A DNA stretch of 64,000 bases from Fimicolochytrium jonesii (Eukaryota), in the NCBI RefSeq assembly GCF_025526975.1, contig NW_026515683.1, positions 558,001 to 622,000 of the forward strand, in the 5' to 3' direction. Every line of letters begins with the position of its first letter. The stretch's first letter is position 1. Shown here piece after piece: positions 46,679 through 58,246 of the stretch. A program made the translations under genes and the position numbers. Below the pieces are notes generated by a model. It saw nothing but the letters and a program-made list of their open reading frames with translations, did no database searches and had not been told where the DNA came from.

Positions 46679-48704
46679 TATATGTATAGCAAAGACCGCC
46701 TGGCACTCATCTGAAAATCAGGGTCAATCCTGAGCTTGCAGTAGATCGTAGAGTGCCAGAGTGAGGAAACGCAAAAATGACAGGACTGTCACCTTCGATA
46801 TACAACCGAAGAGAAACGGTTGCCATCGATCCACACGCTTTTGCCATTTTTGGCCTGGAGAGACTTTGGGAGACCACTTCCCCACTTCCTTTCCTTTTTC
46901 AGCGACATCGACGACAGATGGAACCGATACAAACGCACTGCGATCCCGTCCGTAAATACTATCAGTCTACAGCTCTAACTCGCTGGACACTATATCTGTA
47001 TTAGTGAGAAAGAGACGAGGCCCATCAAGTTTCCTGCCATCTGCCCAAGCCGCCAAAACCTGTCGCCAAACATCTCTCACCCGACCGATCTGCCTGGCGC
47101 CATCGTACGAGCTCCTTCCTCCTGCACTTACCACGGAACGGGCCCTGGCAAGACCGCCATATTGGGGCCCGCGTCACAAAGAATCACGTTGTCCGTCTTC
47201 GGCCCGAGGTATGCTCAATACTTCGTCGCTGGAGCTGTCGAAAGTGAGGCCGCCGAGACATCCACCAGCGCCCTCTTCGCAGACTGCGTCATGCAACAGC
47301 GGCATGGACCCTTAACAAGGACGATGTGAGTACTTGTCATTCCATTTACGCATTCCAGTTACCGAAGCTGCAGATATCGCCGTTTTGGACGTCTCCGGGG
47401 AGGGGGAGGTTCAAAAAGCCATTTATCTTCAGCTTGGCTTGTGTTCGGTGAGATTCCACATCCACATCTGATTAATACTCTTTTTGGCAAATAGGTTCGG
47501 ATGGTCCGCTCCTTCCGAAAGCTGCTGAGTGCTATGGAGCGGACTAAATATCGTAAACGCCAACAGGCCTCTCCCTCGGCGGGAACGGTTGCGCTTATCG
47601 ACGCACTGTGCTCGACCCAAGCGGTTGTGCTCATCTGAGCAATGGTTGCGCGTCGTCTCGCAGATACGGGTGCTGTGAGCGGGACAGAAAGACGGAGCGA
47701 GCGTATATTCCGACCATATCACGACGTATGTGTGTCCGGTTAAGGAGATGATATGCATTATTGAGCATATCTCATAAATTACTTCGACTGATTGTATCAT
47801 TCTCATTTGGGTTAGTATTAAGCTTATGGAGAACTACGTGGACTACGACGCTTTTCACAATCCCGTACAAGTCAACGGAGCCCAAGATATGGAAAACTCT
47901 ACCAGTGAAGTCCCCACTGATCCCCAATCCGCTGCGGAAGGGATCCCCGTCAGTCCCGAGGAAGATCGGACCACTCCCGAGCAGCGTCGTCGCCGGCCGA
48001 AAGCCTACCAAGTCAAGCGGCACCGAAGGGACGCTGCAATGCCTGGATGGCGAGGGTCTCCCGTCCCCTATGGAATGTCAGCGATGCGCACCACTCTTTT
48101 GGACGTTTGTCAGGCACCCGGACGCCATCCCATTGCTCCATGAGTTGCAACTGGAGCTGAGGAAACTTGAAGAAGGGCGGATCGAAGAAGCATGCGCCCG
48201 CATCGATACGCATCTTGGGTTCCCATTTCCGTTTGCACGGACTTTTGCAGACTGTTAATGCGCTGAGAATGGACATCCCCGGGCAACTGAAGCTACCAAC
48301 TGTCATCGAGATGCTGTTCTGCCCAGTCAAAGCTAAATATATGGCATCAACAAGCGTACATTTACGGGACGATTTCTGAAGGAGTTCACGGATGCTCCAA
48401 AGCATATGGGTTTGTGCACACCCGGGAATCACGTTGTTCATCTGTTAATCGAGCAGTCCTGGTACTGCGGTGCGCGTGTGCCGCCCGCCAAAAAGGCCAA
48501 GAAGACCGGCCCCACGGAGGCTGAACGAAAGAGCATGCCCGCTCAGGGGACCTCAGCACCCCCACCAAAGAAGAACGTCGAACCGCAATCGGACCACTTC
48601 AGTGCTCTCAAAAATCTTTTGACCGAAGTGGAGGATCTCCGTGCAGAATGCGCACTAGCTCAATATCCACCTGGGAACTAAGGGTACGCAGTTCGCCTCT
48701 CAAC

Positions 48705-49065
48705 ACAGTGTGCGTATCGAGACCGCCCTCCGAGCATGGGCCCGGGGTGCACTGGGAACTAGGCTCAAGAATGCGGCAGATCGCTACGGACGTTACCCCA
48801 AACACTTCTACACCCCTGGCGGTTTCAATAACTGAGCAATTGGCCTGGTATGCACCTGAGCTGGCCGTGGTGTGCGTATCGAGACCGCCCTCCGAGCATG
48901 GGCCCGGGGTGCACTGGGAAAACACTGGGCTGAAGAATGCGGCTACACGTGCCGCTTCCTACGCTGCTCTACGCCAGATCGCTACGGACGTTACCCCAAA
49001 CACTCCTTCACCCCTGGCGGTTCCAACAACTGAGCAATTGGCCGAGTATGCACCTGGGCTGGCCG
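48705..49065 (+). repeat. Local imperfect tandem duplications (~160-195-bp period)
   Basis: GTGTGCGTATCGAGACCGCCCTCCGAGCATGGGCCCGGGGTGCACTGGGAA twice and CAGATCGCTACGGACGTTACCCCAAACAC...GAGCAATTGGCC twice. Confidence 0.8.
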
Positions 49066-49494
49066 AGTACGACGGACCGCAAGTCCCCTCAAGACAGCGC
49101 ATTATCATTCCGGCCATTGTGGAGATCAAGGAGCGGGACAAAGAGCAGAAGAAAGCGCAAGCACCAATAACCGATTCCTCTCTCCGTCAATTTCACGGCT
49201 GTTCCCGTGAAATCTGTCAGCGCGCCGATGCAAACCACCTCAAAATGGATATGCGAGCTCTGGAGAGGAAGGTGGAGCGACAACTTTTCTGCCGAGAAAT
49301 TCTAGACGCCTAGAACAGTGGATAGCCTTCCGCCAAACATTGGAAACCCGGTATAATTTGGATTCGCTGAACCCATCGTATACCGTCGCGTCCCATGCCA
49401 CCCCGAGTTGTCTCACCCGAGTGCAAGTGCTCCGATACACAGCTTCGCGCGCCTTACGTGGTTCTGACCGACCCCATCTCAGGACACCCCGGAG

Positions 49495-49758
49495 GTGCAC
49501 TCCGACAGCACCCCGGAGCCTCCTGCCCAGCCGGCCCGGCCGACGTGCTGGCACTGCAAGCGGTACCGGCCCGGCAAGATGTTTCTCTCCGCATGCCAGC
49601 ATACTATATGCCGGCCCTGCATTATTCCCCTCTGCGACGACACCGTAAGAACCCTGATCACACGCACGCCATTCCCCTGGCCACCAGAAATTGAGAAATT
49701 GGCGCACGTTCTCTCGTGCCGTGGAATGGGGACCGGATCTCTTGACTACTGCGCTTAG
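49495..49758 (+). pseudogene. RING-finger-like fragment (paralog 1)
   Basis: CWHC...C.H..C..C spacing; diverged copy at 51199-51387. Confidence 0.55.
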
Positions 49759-51198
49759 GGATGACTCCACCCAAGAGGTGTCACCTACGTAGGAGCATTT
49801 GCGTTCGACGAGCAGCTGAACGGCATTTACACCCCGATGGCAAGAGAACTTTCTCTCCCCACCATCGCCTCAAACCTTTCATCTTGGACACTCAACCCCC
49901 AACTAATGGGACGTTGTTGTGCAGCGTACATCTTGACCTCCTGAGATATCTGACATTCACTTCGAGTGTATGTCAGAGATCTTGAGAGAGCATGCTGTGC
50001 TCACTCACGCTTTTCTTACGGGGCTTTGGTACTTGTCGACGACGATCAACGACAACGATGTTGTAATACGCCCGAGGACTAAATGAGGGGCATGTCCTGT
50101 AGCTGTTGCGCGATTTCCTTCAAGAGCACTACCCAGAGGGTGGGGTGTTCACCCTAGTGGATCCGGATGAAACGTACGTCAAAGAGGGTGACCCGGCTAG
50201 ATCTCTCGCCATACCCTTCCGAGAGAGTCAGCACGGGAGGTATGGGTTTTCTTTGTTCGATCTCAAAGGTGTGATTCCTACGGTGTCTTATGGGGCTTCT
50301 AGTTTGTCTTCGGCAAAGCGAATATCTCCCAGTGGACGCGGGAAGCACAGCATCACATCGTCCGGCTCTGCGAGGAAAAGAAGATAGCTCTGAAATTCCA
50401 AGTTTCAGATATTGCGGATATATTGTAAGTTTGCAAGGTCTTACCTCACAGAGCAGCTGGATCACCCCTTCTCCGATTTTTGGGAGTACCCATCACGCAA
50501 CGCACAAGTCCTGCTAAACAACATTAGCTACTTTTCTCGCAAGACGCGGTCGTCGGCGAGATGGTAAGCAGGACAGTGAATCAACCGCCCCGGAATAGAT
50601 ATATCGCTTCCCTCCGCACCACCGTCCGCAGGTCGTGGGGCAGAGCGACCGGAGGTTCGGCAGGAGCTGGGACGAATCCTCCTACGACGGAATTGTCTGG
50701 CGACGCCCTTCCCGAAGGCATCAGAGCAAAGTTCTATGTAGTGGCCGAGTTTACACTGAACAAAAACTTCGCGGTCCACAAGCTCGATCAGATTGAAAAA
50801 GACGCGGTCGTTGGAGAGATGATAGTCAGGACAGTGAATCAACCGTCCCGGAATAGATATATTCCAGGACATTGTTCCACATATCCCGATCGTGAAGAAA
50901 GGTCTCGGTGGTCGATGCGACATCGTCATCGATCCCGACTTCCACATCGAGCTGATCTCCGCAATTGACCCTACGGAACAATTGTGGTTGGCCAGATGGC
51001 GAATTTCTACTGGCAAAGTAGCCACACCACACGTCAGCGCCCAAGAACTCCTTATCCTATCTGTAACAGGATGGGTCATTGGAGAAACGAATGTTGCTCA
51101 AACCCTGAGAATCGACAGCCTCTTTCTCAAACCCAGAACCGACGCGGTGGTTTTCGACAGCGCGGTCGTGGCAATCGTGGCAATCAAACTCCCCTGAG

Positions 51199-51387
51199 GT
51201 GCACTCGGACAGCACCCCAGAGCCCCCCGCCCCGCCGGCCAGACCGACCTGCTGGAATTGTAACCGGTACCGCCCGGGGAAGATGTTCCTTTCTGCGTGC
51301 CAGCATATCATATGCCGGCCTTGTTTTCTTCCCCTTTGTGACGATACCGTAAGGAACCACACGTTATGGGCGATTCCCGTGAGGTGA
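51199..51387 (+). pseudogene. RING-finger-like fragment (paralog 2)
   Basis: CWNCNRYRPGKMFLSACQHIICRPC. Confidence 0.55.
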
Positions 51388-51859
51388 CTGACGGTTCCCG
51401 TCCCTTTTCGACAGACTGACACGCCCGTCGGTGAGTTTACGTGCGGCTTCACCGACGGTTTCGGTGAGGAATGCGAGACGCCGCTCTTTTGCCAGGCGCT
51501 GCCCTGTACCTGTGTCTGGCCAGACTGTGATTGTCTGGCGCAGGACGTGCGGGTCTTCCCCTGCGAGCATGTCAATTGCATGGGGCACGTCCGAGCTACA
51601 CATTGCTGCCAGCCACAGCAACATCTGTGGTCATCCTTTGTGTCAAGCATGCTTTTTCAAGACCGCAGAACCGTGCAGTGCGGTCTCGCGGCTTGCAGAT
51701 GAACCGCTGGCAGCATCAGAGTGGCACGGCCCCTGTTCACGACTCGGATGCCATAGTGGTGCATTCAAGGGGACCAAGTTCAAATGCCGAAATGTGCCCG
51801 CATTACTCAGATACCGTTGGGAAATCCGACATGTACACGATAGACTACCGATGGTCGCT

Positions 51860-52110
51860 CGCCGTTGAACTCGACTGGATCGCTGACGAGACCTACTCTG
51901 AACTGCGGTTCTTAAACAGTCCCAAGCAGAGAGACAAGTCAGCATGTGGTGTTTTCGTATGCTGTATGTTATGTTAAACTGGATCACCCGCGGTCTTCAC
52001 GAATCAGGGTTGGATATCTTCAAAGTCAAGGAGCAGTACGGCCGATTTATCCCATGGGCTCGCTACGTGATTGCATGGAGCGCCCTGGTGGGATACCCGG
52101 TCAACGCAGT
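51860..52110 (+). pseudogene. Ulp1/C48-like cysteine protease C-terminal fragment
   Basis: PKQRDKSACGVF resembles the Q-x-D/N-x3-CG catalytic-Cys motif, followed by a frameshift. Confidence 0.45.
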
Positions 52111-52759
52111 TTATGTTGAGGGAAGCGGACGGCACCCTGCAGCCGCTGACCGACTTGACCGGGCGCTTTGTTCTGGTGGCGGGTCCGCCGCGGACAACGC
52201 ACACAACGCTTATGATACACAGTTGCCATCACCTGTAAGTCTTCTGATCTCGAGTCTTCATATCCTTTCTGATTGTTCCTGTGCTCAGGCCTGATTTTTT
52301 CGTCTTTTAGGGTCTGTCCAGGCTGCGCCGAGGGCTGCTTGCGGGGTAGTTGTTTCCATTGCCCACACGACTCGGAAAACATTGTCACGAACTTGCACAT
52401 GCGGTCATCAACTTTTTGACCCAGGCAGGGGACACCTAAAAACCGCCGAAAGCTGCCGAATGCTTCGTCACAACATCTTCGTCGGATACAGGTTCCGGAG
52501 CGGGTATTTCTTCAACTCAACCGTCTCATGATCCATCCGTCCAGCGTGTTGCCACAGAATAGCGACGAACCCCACGCGACAGGCATTTCACAATCGCCTG
52601 GTAGTTGTAAACACGCTCTTTCAACTCATAGGGCGGCGCCTCAACATGTCGGCACCAGCGACCTTCAGCTCGCAGACGGTGCCACCAATTGCCTCCCACC
52701 CATCAACATGCTCGAATCCAGCCCTGACAGTCCTCCGCCTTCGGGAAGAACCCACCGAC

Positions 52760-53400
52760 TCGTTAACGAAGAACCTTTCGAGGATGTTCAACGTAAAAAT
52801 AGATTCGACGGCCGAGAACATTTGATTATCTTTGGAGAAGATCTGACAGTCGAAGAGCGCGCTGCGTTCTTGTGACTATTACGAAAATACGACGTGGCGT
52901 TCGCTTTCGAGGACAGTGAGGGAGGAACACTCAAGCCACATATAGAAGAGCCTGTAATATTCACACGATCCCGCACACACCCTGGATGGTGAAACCCCAT
53001 CGACTACCTCCGCAAATGACGAAAATCGCTACAGACCTACTTCGAACAAAACGAGATGCAGGACTGCTAGAACCCTCATTTGGACCTACCGAAACCCCTG
53101 GTTCCTAGTTCCTAAAAAGAACGGAACATACCGATTTGTACAAGACGTGCAGATGCGCAACAGCGGACCGTCTGCCACCTCAAATGACGAAGATTTACTT
53201 CGAACGAAACGCGACGCAGGTTTACTTGAACCTTCATTTCTACCGATTTGTAAAAGACGTTCAGAAACTCAACAGCGTTACGATACGAGATGCCGGATGT
53301 GCACCTATCGCAGAAGTTTTCGCTGGAGAATTCGCAGGACGATCTATTTTATCTATGGCCGATATGTATTCCGGTTACGACCAAGTCCCCCTGGCCTTCG
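52760..53400 (+). pseudogene. Ty3/Gypsy RT fragment of a second family, with internal duplication
   Basis: AGLLEPS.G...PWFLVPKKNGTYRF, KLNSVTIRDAG..P, FAGRSI.S..D.YSGYDQ..L. Confidence 0.8.
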
Positions 53401-53623
53401 CCTCCGCGAGGCCGGTTGGCGCCACCATGGAGCGCTACATCACTGAGGGAAGGCTTGTAGGGGAGGGAAGCCACGAGCTGGCGCCTGTGACGAAAGTCAG
53501 CATCGTCGGTGCCCTATACCACTCGGGTTACCACCTAGAGCTTCTGGTCATAGCCATCGTCCGCTATCCGGCTTGAGTGTCGAACATGGAGCGAGAGCTT
53601 CAAATATATCCTAGCCACAACGC

Positions 53624-53905
53624 CAGTAAACCCCCGACACCCGAGAAAGGCATCAAAGACTTCCTGCCCCCCCGGAATATCAAGATTTCGCCGACGTTTT
53701 CGAAAAGAAAAATGCGGACACTCTCCCCGAGCACCGGCCCTACGACTGTCTATCGATTTGGAAGAAGGCAAGCAGCCACCTTTCGGCCCGATCTACAGCC
53801 TCAGCGAACCAGAAATGAAAGCACTCTGCGAATACCTCGAAGAAAACCTCGCCAAAGGATTCATCAAACCCTCAAAGTCCCCTGCCGGTGCGCCAGTCTT
53901 ATTCG
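53624..53905 (+). mobile_element. Fragment of the same gypsy family as copies A and B (pre-RT region)
   Basis: Near-identical to 13173-13455 ([34 protein letters not shown]). Confidence 0.92.
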
Positions 53906-54419
53906 TTACCGCAACATTCCCCGGCGGTCGAGGTTCGCGGCTATACCGCCAACGGTAGGCGATCCTGTCGTTGGCGGTGGAGTTGCAAATCTCGTCCCCC
54001 GGTCGGCCGTCGCAGAGCTTCAACGACATCTGGCACAATCGCCCATGGCTGGCTCATATAGCGCATCAGCCGCTTTGATACGAAGGTGGACAAGATGCAG
54101 AGTGACTTCTCGCGCGACCTTGAAAGCATCCGCAACGAGCTTTCAGAGTTCAACAGTGCTTTCTACCGTCAATGAGCAAAGAGCCTCTTTGACCTTGCCG
54201 CCGAGAAACTCGACCGGGACGAACTCCCTGACTGCATCTCATATCGACTCTACGAAAATGCACAGAAAGCTCACCGCACGCCGGGATCACCCGATCAAAG
54301 AAGAGGGAAACGCCGCAAGTATAAACCAACAAGACGGCTGTCAGTCGCCCCAGAGAGGTAAGACCAACTTTCCCATACTCAACTCCAGCAACCCAGACAT
54401 CCAACCGGTATGCGAAAGT

Positions 54420-55165
54420 ATGGCGAAAGACGGCAAGAAGAACGGAAACGGGAAGAAGAGTAGCGACGGGAAGGACGGCAAGAAGAAGAAGCAGACAGCC
54501 CGCAAGACGGTGAAGCCGACCTTTCCTCCAGCTGTACCTCCGCCGGGACCCTCGAAACCAACTACGCGCTCGACGCGCGCATCCTCCGCTGCAGCCGCCA
54601 GTGACTCGTCGATGTCGTCCACCCGTGTAAGAGAAGAATTGCGAGTAGCGACCGAGATTGCGACGCTGCGGTACCGGAAAGACAACTACGAAAATCTGGC
54701 GAAACATCTGGCTACTACCCACGAGAGGGTCGAGAGATCGAAGAAGAAGAAGGGGTCTTTCGAGGCGTTGATGGAGAAGGCGGACTACCTGGGTTGCAAG
54801 GCAGTGTCGGAGTCGGAGTTTCGGGGCTGTCGGAGTTTCGGTTCGAGACGTCTCGAACAAGGTTGATCAAGGAGATGAACCTGCCCAGTCGGGCTCAGCC
54901 CTTCCGCTGGACAGTCTGCGCATCGGCTGGCGACACCAAGTCCGAGTTGAAGGAACTCCGCGCCGCAGTCGTAACCGGTCGTGGAAAGGATGTCAACCTG
55001 GTAGCGGAATATCGATTCGAAGAACATGACGTGCAAGGTTCGAAGTTCGATAGCTCAATGGAACAAACCACTCGGAGACGGAAGATTCGGCCCCTGTCGA
55101 CCGCATCAAGGTCACACATGTCAAAAACAAAACGAGGAGCACCACGCATATTCCAACCGTTATGA
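54420..55165 (+). pseudogene. Lysine-rich hypothetical protein with an H3-tail-like KQTARKT motif, frameshifted
   Basis: ATG at 54420, MAKDGKKNG...KKKKQTARKTVKP; probable frameshift near 54830. Confidence 0.4.
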
Positions 55166-56454
55166 GCGACTTTGAGGATTATGACTTGAACTTCCAGTCA
55201 GACCCGGAATTGGAATTTGGTCGACGACGAGGGACGGACTGGGAGGATACGGCGGAAGACGCGGAGGAGGAAGAAGCAATTGAAATGGCACTGGAAGCTG
55301 CCAGAGCTCTCAGAGAGGAGCAAGCAGAACAAAGGAGAATACAAAAGCTGTACCGCGAGAACCCGAGCAACCCAGAGCTAGATACTCTCCGGCCAATCAG
55401 AACCGAAGCAGATCTTGAAAGAGAATTCAAACGGTTCAATGAAGTGGCTGCAGTTGATCGCTGAGGAACTGGAGATTATAGCCCCGGCCCGACAACCTGC
55501 GAACACCACTCGCACTCAACCCGTCTCACACGCCGATCAAGGCAACCGCACTGCCAGCTTACGACGAAGGTCGATGTCAGTTGGTGGAAAAAGCTATGCC
55601 GCGAGAACCCGTCCCCTCATCCACACTTTCGCACTTTGGCAAACACTAATCTTCTGACATTCACGCACATCCATCCGCTCAACAGGTGGCAAGTGATGTG
55701 ATGGAGATTAGCAGCCTTCGCGCTGTGGGTCTTAACCGTTGCCCCGAGTGGACCGCCCTCATTGCCGCCGTTCTCAACATCATCATCAACGCCCCGGGTG
55801 GGCCGCCCTCGGTCAAGAGCATCATCATCAGCGCCCCGGGCAACGCAGAGCTAAATATCCTCCGGTCAATCAAACTGACGCGGATCTCGAAAAAGAGTAC
55901 AAACGATTCAACGAGTTTCTCTTCGAACACAACCAGCTCACCACGAAGGTCGATGTCACATGGTTGAAAAACATGAGCTACCAGCCGGGAAGTTGTGGGG
56001 AGTACAGAATGGGAGTGGTCACTACATTCACCTCAGCGAGCCGATCATGAAGAAGAAACCGAGGGTGGAGATCATAGGAATCTTGTTGCACTGGCTTCTA
56101 CACCTCTGGATCCAACTCCACATGAAAAACCCGCCCATGGACGAAAAGAAGAAAAGGCACAAACACCAGTTCCACTTGGAGTGGGTGGAGGCGAGGGTCG
56201 ACATCGAGATCCCGATTTCCCACAACGTCTATGCAAAGGACGCTGCCGAGTTGCGGGTTCACAGGTGGCATTGTACGAGGTGTGGAAGGACCTACTCCTC
56301 CGCAAGGAATATGGCTCCGAGCAAGTTGAAGGATGATGGCAAAGGGCGTAGCCCGTATGCGGCGTGGCATAAGAAGAAGTGCGGCAAAGCGGATGCCTTT
56401 GTGAAAATTGCAGGTACCACGGGCCCTCCTACCTCTGGATCCAACTCCACATGA
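55162..56454 (+). pseudogene. SprT/Spartan (SPRTN)-like protease-domain gene, fragmented, catalytic Glu replaced (HWLLH)
   Basis: F.RFNE.LF...L, I.LSEPI.K.KPR.E...ILLHWLLH, H...F, I.ISH, H.W.C..C, R..APS, HKKKCG..FVKI; duplicated pieces at ~55385-55445 and ~56430-56650. Confidence 0.75.
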
Positions 56455-57352
56455 AAAAACCGCCCATGGACGAAAAGAAGAAAAGGCACAAACACCAGTT
56501 CCACTCGGCGCTGGAGTGGGTAGAAGTGAGGGTCAACATCGATATCCTCATATCACACATGCGTCTACGCGAAGGCCGCTGCCGAGTTGCGCGTTCATAC
56601 CTCTCGGCATGGAATATGGCTCATGAAAAGTTGAAGGCCGAGGGCAAAGGCATACTCTTTCCTTTCGGCTTTCTACGCTTCATCAGCATTAAGCAAATAT
56701 GGTATCCTCCCGCCTCGAACCTCAAGCACCGGCCCAAGCCGTGGCAGATGGACTTCGCTACGTTTACGCCACTCCGGCCTTGCCATCCCTCCGCCCACTG
56801 CCCTCTCGGCGCCCGATGCCGAGGCGCAGATCCTGTCTCTCTGATCCAAGAAGCATGGCACGTCCCCTTCCCGCAACGTGGAAACCTGGCAGCCAACATC
56901 GCTGGTGTCATCCAGGGAGATACCCACTATCAGGAGGAGGGAGAGGAAGACGAGGATGAGGCCCCGATTCCGGGGGAGGCCGAATTGATCGGATGTGAGA
57001 TGGAGGGATGCACGGTGGTACCCTTCCAGTGCATTTGTGATGAATGCGGGCTCTACCTGTGCCTCCAGCATGGGTGACCGGTCCACAATCATAAATGCAC
57101 GTGGGTTTAAGGGAGGGAGGTTGACATAACATAGGCAGCGCCCTTTCCCTTCGTATACTTCCTTAATGATTCTCATGAAATATCAATCTCAATCACACTC
57201 CTTCTTCTTTCTACGCTTCATCAGCATTATATCAAGTGTAACCAACCATGGTTTCCTCAGGCCGTGCTCCCGCACAACAGCGTCCCCCCCAGCACCGCCG
57301 AGCCCGCAGATCCGCTGGGCGTGCTCCCGCCCACCAGCGTCGTCCCTGGGAC

Positions 57353-57771
57353 ATGGACTTTTCTCCATTCACGCCACTCCGGCCGGGGGGCATAAACTTC
57401 GGCGCGCCAACAGTGAAAGTGGGGAAAAAGGGCCAGAAGGCCTATCAAAGGCCGCAATCTTCAAGCCGGCCAATTCGGGAATCGCCCCAAGAATTACCCC
57501 AGGGTCAGCCGGTGGGGTTCGTCGAGACGCCGAGGAAATCGCCAGGGCCGAGACCCTGCATTACAACAGCCCTCTGGGGGCCGGCGCTCCTGTTCCCCGT
57601 GCCTTGATGGACCGGGTTTTCAAGACCGGTGGGGCAAATATTTGGGTCAACGAGAAGAAGAAGACGACCGCTCCAAAATGGTCATCAGATGCGACCGATA
57701 TCCTGCACGAGGCGACAGAGGCGTTCACCAGAGCGCTGATGTCCGATGTGAACCTAACCCTAACCCTGTAA
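57353..57771 (+). pseudogene. Divergent histone H3/CenH3-like fold ORF, 3'-truncated
   Basis: ARAETLHYNS...VPRALMDRVFK...KWSSDATDILHEATEAFTRALMSDVNL aligns by eye with H3 ALREIRRYQKS...IRKLPFQRLVRE...[27 protein letters not shown]. Confidence 0.6.
57752..57767 (+). repeat. Short interstitial telomeric tract (CCCTAA)n
   Basis: ACCTAACCCTAACCCT at the end of the H3-like ORF. Confidence 0.6.
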
Positions 57772-58246
57772 ACAGTATGCTATGATATTCTACAAGATAC
57801 CGGACATTCAGGATTGCCGTTACTAGCTCCGCCTTTTGTCAGCATCAGAGCGCCTCTGGATGCCTACGAGATTCTACGCCTGCCTCGCTACGCATAGTCA
57901 CGGTTTCTCGCAAGATTCATGCCTATGCCTAACCTTGCGTGCATGAGCGACCGAAGTCCACGCCGAGTGGATGAGGACCGAGTGATGAGAAGTCCGAGTA
58001 CCGCTGTTTCTTCTCTCGTCTGATGTGCTCGGCGACATGTGCGCGCCACAGCCGACAGCAATGTGCATGCCCCAGAGAAAGTCGAACGAGTTCAGTTTAC
58101 TCCGTGGATGTCCTACGCACAGACCGGAGACGAAAATTGCTGATGGCGGTCTTGTAGTATATATACTCCGTTATGCAGCAAGAACAAAACCACGCAGCCG
58201 GCCGCGAAGCACCCCAAAAACTACCTTTACTCTCAGATTCATGGGC

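Noticed and set aside
53577..54866. 429-aa ORF as a single gene
   Set aside because: A chimera of an out-of-frame gypsy fragment, unrelated sequence and the K-rich ORF starting at 54420.
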